Source: a virus. From it: a stretch of 64,000 bases of DNA. The position numbers and the translations under genes are program-made. Shown piece by piece: positions 45,210 to 53,606 of this stretch. The notes beneath the pieces are model-generated. The model was given only the letters and a program-made list of their open reading frames with translations. It ran no database searches and was not told where the DNA came from. The stretch lies in the IMG/VR virus record IMGVR_UViG_3300027690_000123, positions 49,991-113,990 of that record, one strand, 5' to 3'. The number at the start of each line of letters is the position of its first letter. Position 1 is the stretch's first letter.

Positions 45210-45998
45210 ATGACGGAACAAAAAACAACGATGCCGGAAAAAGCTTTCCTGGAATCGCTTGACGCTCTGGAGAATTTGGCAAAGGGGATGGTCCCTGTTG
45301 CGGATGATCTGGATGCGGCTGCCGGTGAGGATCTGGAAAAAAGTCAGTCGGCCGACGGCCAGGGGGAAGCTGCTGCTGACGAAGCACTGGTCAAGGGGGA
45401 TGATGGCGAGGACGATGATGACCAGGACAAAGACGAAGGCGATGAAGACACCGAAAAAGCCTTGTCCGGGGATGCCCTCTCCTTTGCCGAGGAAGCCGCT
45501 GCCGGTTCCGAAAATATCCGAAAAGCCATTGAAGTGAGTGACTTCCTGGCGGATCTGGTGGACCGGGTTGGCGATGCCATCGATGGCATTCGTCAAAACC
45601 TCGATACCCGCGTCGAAACCATCGAGAAAAGTCTGTTGACGGTATGTGAGGCCAATCAGTCCGTCGTCCAGGCTGTGGCCGAAACCCTGCGGAAGTCTTT
45701 CCAGGCAGTTTCGGAAAAGACGGACCAGCAAGCTGAAACCCTGCGGAAGTCGCTGGATATCCTCAACGATGAGTTGAGCAGGACTCCTGCCCGGGCTCCC
45801 AAGGCCAAAGTCTCCGTGCTGGAAAAAGGTTTCAACGACGAAGAAAAGGGGATCGAAATGTCGAAAGCCGACATCCTCAAGTCTTTGTCCGACATGTTCG
45901 AGCGTGGTGAACCGGGTGTGACTTCGCTGGATGTGATTCGATTCGAGTCCAGCGGCGTGTTGCCGCCCCACATTCAGAAGAAGTTTCAAGGCCGGTAG
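45210..45998 (+). CDS. Acidic coiled-coil scaffold-like protein
   Basis: D/E-rich, coiled coil, many x-x-K-[SA] motifs; between protease and MCP. Confidence 0.6.
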   Translation: MTEQKTTMPEKAFLESLDALENLAKGMVPVADDLDAAAGEDLEKSQSADGQGEAAADEALVKGDDGEDDDDQDKDEGDEDTEKALSGDALSFAEEAAAGSENIRKAIEVSDFLADLVDRVGDAIDGIRQNLDTRVETIEKSLLTVCEANQSVVQAVAETLRKSFQAVSEKTDQQAETLRKSLDILNDELSRTPARAPKAKVSVLEKGFNDEEKGIEMSKADILKSLSDMFERGEPGVTSLDVIRFESSGVLPPHIQKKFQGR

Positions 45999-46016
45999 TT
46001 TTTTCATCTTAAGTCG

Positions 46017-46030
46017 AAGTAATCAATTAC
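46017..46030. promoter_or_regulatory. Palindromic motif copy (AAGTAATCAATTAC)
   Basis: Ahead of the MCP RBS. Confidence 0.75.
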
Positions 46031-46055
46031 TTCTAATCTGTAGGAGGAAATTCAA

Positions 46056-47489
46056 ATGAACGATATCATCACACTGGCTCAATACGAAGATATTCACACC
46101 GCCGGTTTCACCAGCATGCGCGAAGTTGAGGAACTCAACAAAGCCCTGGAAGCCGGCCATGACCGTCCGGTGTCCACCGGCGGCGGCGCTTTGCGCGTGG
46201 AGTCCCTGGAAGCCAGCCTCAAAGTGCTGACCCATCAGGCCAAACACTGTGCTTTCTGGCAGCGCGTTCCCAAACTACCCGCTTACTCGACCGTCGAGGA
46301 ATACAATCAGTTGACGGCTGTTGGCGATGAGTCCGGAGCCTTCATTCCTGAAGGTACGCTGCCCGATACGGTGGATTCCACCTACAACCGCGCAACCAGC
46401 CTGGTGAAGTTCCTGGGTACGACCCGCAGCGTTTCTCACCCCATGACCCTGGTCCGCACCAACATCGGTGATGTGATGGCCCAGGAAAATGCCAACGGCA
46501 TCCTGTGGATTCTCAAAAACCTGGAATGGGGCCTATTCAACGGCGACGCCGACATGTGTTACCTGGGTGCGGCTACCGATTCGACCCACCGTGAAGGTGT
46601 GGAGTTCAGCGGTCTGGAAAAACAGATCAACGCCGCCAACGTGGTCGATCTGAAGGGCGCTCCTCTGAGTGAGGGTGCGTTCTCCTATGCGGCTCAGTTG
46701 GTCGCCAGCAATTACGGTGTTCCGTCGGATTGTTTCTTGAGCTTCGCCGCTCATCAGGCATTCTGCGACACCATGCTGCCCAAAGAGCGCGTACCGCTGC
46801 CCACCCAAGGCGGTGGCTATACCGTCGGTGCCAATATCCCCGATGTGAACACCCCCTTCGGCAAGGTCAACCTCAACCCCGATGTGTTCCTGAACTCGGG
46901 CAAAACTCCTCCGTCCGCTGCGACCAGCACCAATGCTCCGACGGCTCCTGCGACCTTTGCCGCCGCAGCTATGGCTGGCACCGATGGTGTGTGGGCGACC
47001 CATGGTGGCGCCGGCACCTACAATTACGCCGTGACCGCCGTGAACCGCTACGGTGAGTCGGCTGCCGTGAATGCTGCTGCTGCCGTGACCGTGGCTGCTG
47101 CCGATCTCGGAAAGCACGTTCCCTTCACCATCACCAACGCCGCCGCCGTGTCCGTGGCGCCCGAGTATTTCAACATCTACAAGACCCTGCCGGGTGGCAC
47201 CACGAAATACCTGGTCGGCCGTATCCGTGCCAACAGCGTGGCCAACGCCGGAACGACCACCTGGGACGATACCGGCCTGTGGATGGCTGGCACGACCAAG
47301 GCTTTTGTGGGTGAGCTGAGCCCGCAAGTCATCTCCGTCAAACAGCTTGCTCCGCTGATGAAAATGGATCTGGCGACCTTGGCTCCGGCCTACCGTTGGA
47401 TGATCCTCTGCTACCTGACCTTCATCCTGTACGCCCCCAAGAAATGGGTGCAGTTCATCAATGTCGGTGGCAGCCAACTGGCGGTGTAA
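46056..47489 (+). CDS. Major capsid protein (SPO1/Twort-like)
   Basis: NKALEAG..GGALRVESL, AYSTVEEYNQ, VKFLGTTRSVS, LEWGLFNGD, EFSGL. Confidence 0.92.
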   Translation: MNDIITLAQYEDIHTAGFTSMREVEELNKALEAGHDRPVSTGGGALRVESLEASLKVLTHQAKHCAFWQRVPKLPAYSTVEEYNQLTAVGDESGAFIPEGTLPDTVDSTYNRATSLVKFLGTTRSVSHPMTLVRTNIGDVMAQENANGILWILKNLEWGLFNGDADMCYLGAATDSTHREGVEFSGLEKQINAANVVDLKGAPLSEGAFSYAAQLVASNYGVPSDCFLSFAAHQAFCDTMLPKERVPLPTQGGGYTVGANIPDVNTPFGKVNLNPDVFLNSGKTPPSAATSTNAPTAPATFAAAAMAGTDGVWATHGGAGTYNYAVTAVNRYGESAAVNAAAAVTVAAADLGKHVPFTITNAAAVSVAPEYFNIYKTLPGGTTKYLVGRIRANSVANAGTTTWDDTGLWMAGTTKAFVGELSPQVISVKQLAPLMKMDLATLAPAYRWMILCYLTFILYAPKKWVQFINVGGSQLAV

Positions 47490-47532
47490 TTCGGTAATTC
47501 CCCTGAGACTTTAAGGGGGTTCGTAACCCGTG

Positions 47533-47568
47533 AAAACCCAGGGGTCGACTCCGACGCCTGGGTTTTTT
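47533..47568 (+). terminator. Intrinsic terminator after MCP
   Basis: AAAACCCAGG-GGTCG ACTC CGAC-GCCTGGGTTTTTT. Confidence 0.8.
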
Positions 47569-47599
47569 CATAAACGCTTTTTCCAATGGAGGTTATCCC

Positions 47600-47755
47600 A
47601 TGGCAACAATTTCGAATCTGACCGACACCCAAAAACGGATGCTTGAGGATTACGACCCGGCGATCAAAGAGGCGGGGCTGGCCGATCTGCTCGATGATTT
47701 GATCGACAGCAACAACGATCTCGAGGCCCGGGTGGCTGTTCTTGAAACTCCCTAA
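47600..47755 (+). CDS. 51-aa protein (not in ORF track)
   Basis: GGAGG RBS; MATISNLTDTQKRMLEDYDPAIKEAGLADLLDD...LETP. Confidence 0.65.
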   Translation: MATISNLTDTQKRMLEDYDPAIKEAGLADLLDDLIDSNNDLEARVAVLETP

Positions 47756-47777
47756 TGCCGTCTGAGCTAATTCTTCC

Positions 47778-47804
47778 GGGGCGGTGAAATGCCGCCCCTT
47801 ATTT
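47778..47804 (+). terminator. GC hairpin with T-tail
   Basis: GGGGCGG-TGAAATG-CCGCCCC-TTATTT. Confidence 0.55.
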
Positions 47805-47835
47805 GAACTGATCAAGCAACTGAAAGGATCTTCTC

Positions 47836-48213
47836 ATGCCGAAAATTCATACGTCTGTGTTGGGTGGGCAAAAACTTCTGGTCGGCAATGAAATCGTGGA
47901 ATTCGACGCCGACGGTTTCGCCGATGTCACCGACGATATTGCGGCTACCGTTCTTCCGTTGAAAGGCTTTTCCAAAGTCAAAGAGGCTCAAGACGATGGA
48001 GGGGTGGTGTCGGATGATACCGGCGGTGCATCGGATGAAAAAACGGATGATGGTGCGAATGCTGCCGGTCCATTGAATGAAGCCGGCGCAGCCAAGGAAG
48101 AAAACACCCAGGACACAGCAGGGGCCACCGGGCGTGTTCCAGCCATCGACGATGAGGCGATCAAGAAAACCCGGGGGCGTAAACCGAAAAAGGACGCCGA
48201 AACCAATGAATAA
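47836..48213 (+). CDS. Acidic head-region protein
   Basis: VEFDADGFADV N-terminal domain plus a low-complexity tail. Confidence 0.65.
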   Translation: MPKIHTSVLGGQKLLVGNEIVEFDADGFADVTDDIAATVLPLKGFSKVKEAQDDGGVVSDDTGGASDEKTDDGANAAGPLNEAGAAKEENTQDTAGATGRVPAIDDEAIKKTRGRKPKKDAETNE

Positions 48214-48616
48214 CCTTGATGAAGCATTGGTGAGATTGAACGAGCTGGAACCCGGCCTGCGTTCTTTAGATACCCTTTTTGCCCTTGGCGAAGTGATCAA
48301 GGGCGAAAAGGGGCACCACAATGCGGGGGATTTTGATCTTACCGTGTGGGAGCACAGCATGGACGGGTTCTCTGTTGGGGCTATCGTCAGGGCCAGAATG
48401 GACGGGAAGCCATTTCCGAGTCTGAATCAGTCTCAAAAAAAATGGATTCTATGCTGCAAGGGACGAATGAAAATTGTCTATGGCGAGAACATTAAGACCA
48501 TGGGCGAGGGGGAGCGGCTGACGATCCCGTCCAAGACGCCCCATGAGATCTATCCGATAACCGAGGATTGCTCGGCGATCATCGTTACGGTGCCTGCCGA
48601 TCCCGGGATGAGATAA
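48206..48616 (+). CDS. Cupin-fold protein
   Basis: CCKGRMKIV...GERLTIPSKTPHEI. Confidence 0.65.
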   Translation: MNNLDEALVRLNELEPGLRSLDTLFALGEVIKGEKGHHNAGDFDLTVWEHSMDGFSVGAIVRARMDGKPFPSLNQSQKKWILCCKGRMKIVYGENIKTMGEGERLTIPSKTPHEIYPITEDCSAIIVTVPADPGMR

Positions 48617-49024
48617 ATGTCTATGACTGACCAAAGATCCGTTGATTCATGGACTTCCTTTGCTGAATGGCGAGGTACTGTCAAAACAGCCCTTGATTTC
48701 ATCAAAAGCAGCCTAAAACGGCTTGAGGCAGAAGACCAGGAACAATGGGAAACCATTGAGCAAGTCCGGGGGATGCTGGAAAAGGCCCGGGATCGGTGTG
48801 ACCAACTAAGCCAGGGCCGGGCCACGAAAGCTGATGTTGATGCTTTGCGTGGCGAGTTGGATAAAAAAGCCAGCGCCAAGGATTTTGACGAGCTGAAAAC
48901 GGAGGTCAACGCTCAAAGCAAGGTCCAAATCAAGCAGGGCGTGACCTTGCTTTTTTATGGGACCATCGGCGGAGCCTTGTTCACGATCCTCCTTAATATG
49001 GCCACTCACTTTTTTAAAAAGTAG
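48617..49024 (+). CDS. Coiled-coil protein with a C-terminal TM helix (holin-like)
   Basis: Heptad pattern, then LLFYGTIGGALFTILL. Confidence 0.55.
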   Translation: MSMTDQRSVDSWTSFAEWRGTVKTALDFIKSSLKRLEAEDQEQWETIEQVRGMLEKARDRCDQLSQGRATKADVDALRGELDKKASAKDFDELKTEVNAQSKVQIKQGVTLLFYGTIGGALFTILLNMATHFFKK

Positions 49025-49031
49025 GTATGCG

Positions 49032-49769
49032 ATGAAACTGCCGACACCTGAACTGATCACCGGAAATTATCTGTTCGGAATCCCTTTGGTCGATGAAGAC
49101 GGAAACGAGTTGGGGGAGCCGACTATCGAATACTGGATCGGCCAGGGGATCTCCTGGCTTGAAACAGAATTAATGATCCCGATCCAGCCGACCTCGATCC
49201 AAGAAACGCATGACTACTACATCGATGAGTATCAGCAATTTTGCTACCTTCAGCTTTATCAATATCCCGTGATCTCTGTCGAGTCGCTGGTGGCAAGCTA
49301 CGCTGGCCAGGAAATCATGACGTTTCCTGCCGATTGGATCCGGATTTACAAACAGACCGGTCAGCTCCAGCTTGTGCCGACCACCGGCAGCTTGTCGCAA
49401 GTCCTCCTGGGGGCCGGGTCGGGTGTCTTGCTGCCGCTGATCACCGCCCGGTTATCGAATATGCCGCATTTGTTCAATGTGACCTACACGGCGGGTTTCG
49501 CCGAGGGACAGGTGCCCGGGGATATCGTTGACATGATCGCCATGAAGGCGTGCATCGGGTTGTTGAACATCCTGGGCGATATTTTGTTGGGTGCCGGTAT
49601 CGCTTCCCAAAGTCTCAGCATCGATGGGTTGAGCGAAAGCATCAATACGACCCAGTCTGCGGAAAACTCCGCTTACAGCGCCCGCATCCGTCAGTATGAA
49701 CGTCAAATCAAAGCCCAGTTGCCGAATCTGCGGGCACGATACAAAGGGCTCAGATTGGCGGTGGCATAA
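49032..49769 (+). CDS. Head-tail connector/neck protein
   Basis: LYQYPVISVESL; VTYTAGF..VPGDI; SQSLSIDGLSES. Confidence 0.7.
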   Translation: MKLPTPELITGNYLFGIPLVDEDGNELGEPTIEYWIGQGISWLETELMIPIQPTSIQETHDYYIDEYQQFCYLQLYQYPVISVESLVASYAGQEIMTFPADWIRIYKQTGQLQLVPTTGSLSQVLLGAGSGVLLPLITARLSNMPHLFNVTYTAGFAEGQVPGDIVDMIAMKACIGLLNILGDILLGAGIASQSLSIDGLSESINTTQSAENSAYSARIRQYERQIKAQLPNLRARYKGLRLAVA

Positions 49770-50428
49770 TGGCAGGCCGTGTTGATTTCAAAGTCGGATC
49801 CTTCGATGCCCTGGTCGATAAGCACGGGTACTACCTGGAGCATTATCAGGCCTTGCAATGTCCTTGCTACGACCTGCAAACCGGCCATCCCGACCCGACT
49901 TGCTTATATTGTGAGCATGGCTGGCAGTACTATGGCCGGCAGGAAATCCAAGGGATCATCACAGGCCTCCAGACGGACAAACAGTTCATCGAGCCGGGTG
50001 GATTGTTGCTTGGCACGATGCAGCTCACGGTCAAGGCCGAGGTGGATCTCGGGTATCATGATCGCATCGTCAACCGGAAGTCGTTGATTGCGTTTTCCGA
50101 ATTGCTCATCCGCGGGACCGGGGAAACAGACCGGGCCCGGTTTGAGATGGTGGATATTCTTCGGGTGGTCGGCCCCGGCGGGGTGGTGTATGTGCCGATC
50201 CTTGATTACGAAGTTTCCGGCGGGCTGATCCGGTGGACGGGAACCGGGCAAGCGCCGGCAGCCGGCAGCCGTTATTCGGTTGCGTACCGGATGCACCCGA
50301 CATGGCTTGTGTTGAGCCATGTTCATGTCGTTCGCGACACTCATATCAAATTCCGGCAGGTTGAGCCAATGCACCACCGGCTGCCGATTCAGGCAATCTG
50401 CAAACTTGAATATCTTTGGGAGGGGTAA
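49769..50428 (+). CDS. Neck/head-completion protein
   Basis: CPC...PTCLYC.HGW; position after the connector. Confidence 0.65.
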   Translation: MAGRVDFKVGSFDALVDKHGYYLEHYQALQCPCYDLQTGHPDPTCLYCEHGWQYYGRQEIQGIITGLQTDKQFIEPGGLLLGTMQLTVKAEVDLGYHDRIVNRKSLIAFSELLIRGTGETDRARFEMVDILRVVGPGGVVYVPILDYEVSGGLIRWTGTGQAPAAGSRYSVAYRMHPTWLVLSHVHVVRDTHIKFRQVEPMHHRLPIQAICKLEYLWEG

Positions 50429-50431
50429 ACC

Positions 50432-52021
50432 ATGGGTCTTTTTGATGAAGCATTGGCGAAAAGCCTTGAAACAGGGGATACAAAAGATCTTGCCCAGGTG
50501 GTGTTTCCCGGGGCCGAAAGTTTGGAAAAGGCCCATATCAAAGCCCATTTCCGGTTGAATCCCAAAACCGGGAAACGAGAATTCATCAAAGACTACGATG
50601 ATGCCCGGCACAAAGATGAAGTACATGTCTCGTTTCACAAAGGGCACAAGGTCAAAGTGAACAATCCGAAATCCAAGCACCATGGCAAGGTGATGGAGGT
50701 GACTGGTTACTCGGAAAAATACGATGTCGTGCGGGGTAAAATTGATGGCGAGAAAAACTCTGTCGATTTTCATGCAGACCACTTGGAGCATCATGGCGAC
50801 AAGGCTGCTGCCCCTGATGCAAAAGAGGACAAAGAGCCGACCGGGAAAATCTCCGCCGAGCTGAAAGCGAAAATCGATAGCCTTTCTCCGACTGAAAAAT
50901 TCACTGTCGTCAATGATTACTTGGGCCTTCGGGTTCATGCGGGTGATAAAAATTTCCGCGCCGACAAAGATGGTGGGACCGATCGGTTCCTGGCCCATGT
51001 CAATGTCAGAGATTTTCCAATCAAAAAGATCGAAGAAGCGGTCGATCGTATGTTGGACCAAAAAGATCGGGGAAAAGTTGAACCACCGAAGCGGGATTAT
51101 TCCAAAGGGGTTACGGTTGTCGTTACCAAGGTGGAGAGACTGCCTGGTGGCCAAGGCGACCGTGTTGCTTTCAGCTATGACGATGGCACTCCAGTAGAAG
51201 ATAAAATCATGGCGGGTTGGTCCCACCGACATGGGCCCAGCAGCAGTGATCCCAATCCGGCTGCTATCAGGACCATGAGCACCTACAAGGTAGGGGAAAA
51301 ATACAAGCTCACCCGCGACAATCGTGGAATGTGGGCCGAACCCCATCACACGAACAAGGTGGCCGAGGGTAAAGCCCCGACAGATACAGGGCCCAAGAAA
51401 GACCTTGATGTTAAAACTACTCCCGAAAAATTGAAATATGACAAATTCGGTGCCCATGTGAAATCGGGCGTGAGCAGCGTTTCGGATGCCGAAAAGATTC
51501 TGATGGAGCACGGTTTCACCTGGGACAAGAGCGACAAGTCTGGATCGCTTGGAGGCGCCATCTATGAAAAAGACGGCAAGGGGGTTGCCCACTTCGATGC
51601 AGCGGGCAAAACCTTGACGATCTATGAGCCCAAGGAAAAATCGGATTCCAAGCCTGACCAATCAAAGGCAACAGGTGCCCAAAAACAATGGGGGACGGAA
51701 AAGGAAATTGCGGCGCCGGATGCTGGCATCGGTCCAAAGAGTTTCGAGACGCGGTTTCCCCACATCAAAGAGTTTTTTGAACAGGCTGAGAATACCCTTG
51801 AACTCGGGAAGTTGAAAAAACAGGCCGCCAAATTCGCCGCGAGTAACCCCGAGGGGTGGAAGTGGGGGCCGATTGACCACTTTCACAAGGAACACGCTGA
51901 GACTTTGAGGCAGCTTGGTCGATCCGGTCACAAACAAACGGCCGCAGCAGAACACCGGATGGATACTTTACTTCGAACCCGGGATTCATCCGGGCGGGCA
52001 ACGGCGAGAAGGCGTTCATAA
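50432..52021 (+). CDS. 529-aa protein sharing its N-terminal module with the PARP-like protein
   Basis: LEKAHIKAHFRLNPKTGKREFIKDY...VNNPKSKHHGKV...YSEKYDVVR...HLEHH. Confidence 0.75.
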   Translation: MGLFDEALAKSLETGDTKDLAQVVFPGAESLEKAHIKAHFRLNPKTGKREFIKDYDDARHKDEVHVSFHKGHKVKVNNPKSKHHGKVMEVTGYSEKYDVVRGKIDGEKNSVDFHADHLEHHGDKAAAPDAKEDKEPTGKISAELKAKIDSLSPTEKFTVVNDYLGLRVHAGDKNFRADKDGGTDRFLAHVNVRDFPIKKIEEAVDRMLDQKDRGKVEPPKRDYSKGVTVVVTKVERLPGGQGDRVAFSYDDGTPVEDKIMAGWSHRHGPSSSDPNPAAIRTMSTYKVGEKYKLTRDNRGMWAEPHHTNKVAEGKAPTDTGPKKDLDVKTTPEKLKYDKFGAHVKSGVSSVSDAEKILMEHGFTWDKSDKSGSLGGAIYEKDGKGVAHFDAAGKTLTIYEPKEKSDSKPDQSKATGAQKQWGTEKEIAAPDAGIGPKSFETRFPHIKEFFEQAENTLELGKLKKQAAKFAASNPEGWKWGPIDHFHKEHAETLRQLGRSGHKQTAAAEHRMDTLLRTRDSSGRATARRRS

Positions 52022-52023
52022 CA

Positions 52024-52782
52024 ATGCCTATTCAAATCGACATATCGGGCCATCTGCCGGCGGTGGGATATGATGAAGACGCCATGCGTGAGCGGGTCTT
52101 CACCCTCGCCGAGATGGCCCGGGGTGAATGGATCCGGCAGGCCCAAACCCATTTGGAGGGCAGCGCCGCCGATTATATCGCCGGAATCCAGCCTGTCGAA
52201 GTGGAAGGCAACTGGGCAACCGTGGCCCTGGTCGGGGAACTGCCCAATGCCATTGAAAACGGCAAGGCGCCTTTTGATATGAAGCCGGGGCTGCTGAAGG
52301 GGCCGAATGCCAAAACGGGGAAAAACGGCCGGTACAATACGGTTCCGTTTCGCCATGGCACGCCGGGAACGACTGGCAAGAGGGTAGGGGCTCCGATGAC
52401 GATCACCGGCCACACGCCGAAAGGTACTCCAACGAGTTTGATCTATGCGGCGGCCAAACGGGTCAAGGCCAGCAGTGAGAATGCGACGGGAAAGACAGTA
52501 TGGGGCGGAAGAACAGGGGATTTCGGCGGCTACGGTATGCGAACCCAGCTCCCGGTCAAAGGGGGCCGTCCCGGGGCTTACACTTGGAAAACGAGCCCTT
52601 TTGCGGGGATGGTCAAGATAGCGAAAACCTATAAATCGGCGGTCCAGAACCAATACGTCACCTTCCGACGGGTGAGCGACAACAGCGATCCGTCTTCCTG
52701 GTGGCACCCGGGCATCAAAGCCCGGCGCTTTGTGAACCGGGTTCATGACTATCTCGCCGACGTGGTGAAAAGGATCATCTAA
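52024..52782 (+). CDS. Neck/tail-completion protein
   Basis: PFDMKPGLL...YNTVPFRH...YVTFRRVSDNSDPSSWWHPG. Confidence 0.65.
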   Translation: MPIQIDISGHLPAVGYDEDAMRERVFTLAEMARGEWIRQAQTHLEGSAADYIAGIQPVEVEGNWATVALVGELPNAIENGKAPFDMKPGLLKGPNAKTGKNGRYNTVPFRHGTPGTTGKRVGAPMTITGHTPKGTPTSLIYAAAKRVKASSENATGKTVWGGRTGDFGGYGMRTQLPVKGGRPGAYTWKTSPFAGMVKIAKTYKSAVQNQYVTFRRVSDNSDPSSWWHPGIKARRFVNRVHDYLADVVKRII

Positions 52783-53412
52783 ATGCCAATCATGATGCCG
52801 GAAAAATCGATCATCGCGGCCCTGGCGGCTGGGCTGGCGGAGATCAAAGAGGATTTGACCATCGTCGACGATATATTCGATGTCGATGTGCTGGGGGCTG
52901 CGTATATCGCCAAGGTCAAAGCCTATTTGACGGCCAACACGATCCACATCGGGCAGGGGTATGGGATCGATGATACGCGGCTGCCGGCCTGGTATGTGGT
53001 CCCGGCAAACATCACGCCCGATGAACAGCTTGTGGGCGCTTTCGTTGCCGATGATAACAACGTGGATGATGAGTCCATCGATGCCGATGACATCCAGGGC
53101 GATTATCACCGGTACAATCTGCGGGTGATCAGTGCCAGCCTGAACGGCGACGTGACGATGTTCCTTGAGGCTATCGCCCGGTACATTCTCATTCAAGCCG
53201 AGGTGTGGGCGGAGGAAAAAGGCTTTTACGAGCTGACCGTTTCGGCAACGGATTTTGATCCGTTGTACCAGCATTTGCCTCAAAATTTGTTCTACCGTTC
53301 AACCATGTTGGGCTTCCGCGGGCTTTCGACGTGGAACAAGGCATATACCATCATCAGGGATGCCGAACTTTATATAAAATTTGATCCAAACGAAGACTTC
53401 ATCGAAGTGTAA
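52783..53412 (+). CDS. Tail terminator-like protein
   Basis: Position before the sheath; acidic alpha/beta pattern. Confidence 0.55.
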   Translation: MPIMMPEKSIIAALAAGLAEIKEDLTIVDDIFDVDVLGAAYIAKVKAYLTANTIHIGQGYGIDDTRLPAWYVVPANITPDEQLVGAFVADDNNVDDESIDADDIQGDYHRYNLRVISASLNGDVTMFLEAIARYILIQAEVWAEEKGFYELTVSATDFDPLYQHLPQNLFYRSTMLGFRGLSTWNKAYTIIRDAELYIKFDPNEDFIEV

Positions 53413-53424
53413 GGAGGGGGTAAC

Positions 53425-53592
53425 ATGACGATTACGTTGACTGAGTTCTGCAAGAAACTGTCTTTAAGCGACAAGCGGGTGGAGCTGATCGGTGGGTTTT
53501 TCCACTACATGAAATTCACCAAGAAAGTGGAGCGGGCCAGGGCCAAGGATTTTCAGAAGCAATATACCGATTTCTGCAACGCGCCTGCATAA
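53425..53592 (+). CDS. 55-aa protein before the sheath (not in ORF track)
   Basis: AGGAGG RBS; MTITLTEFCKKLSLSDKRVELIGGF... Confidence 0.65.
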   Translation: MTITLTEFCKKLSLSDKRVELIGGFFHYMKFTKKVERARAKDFQKQYTDFCNAPA

Positions 53593-53606
53593 TGGAGGGA
53601 TAAATC

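Noticed and set aside
49904-51661. 585-aa minus-strand ORF and many similar antisense ORFs across the phage arms (e.g. 51928-53283, 53961-55196, 57902-59065)
   Set aside because: They overlap well-supported plus-strand genes, lack RBS or domain signal and have unnatural composition
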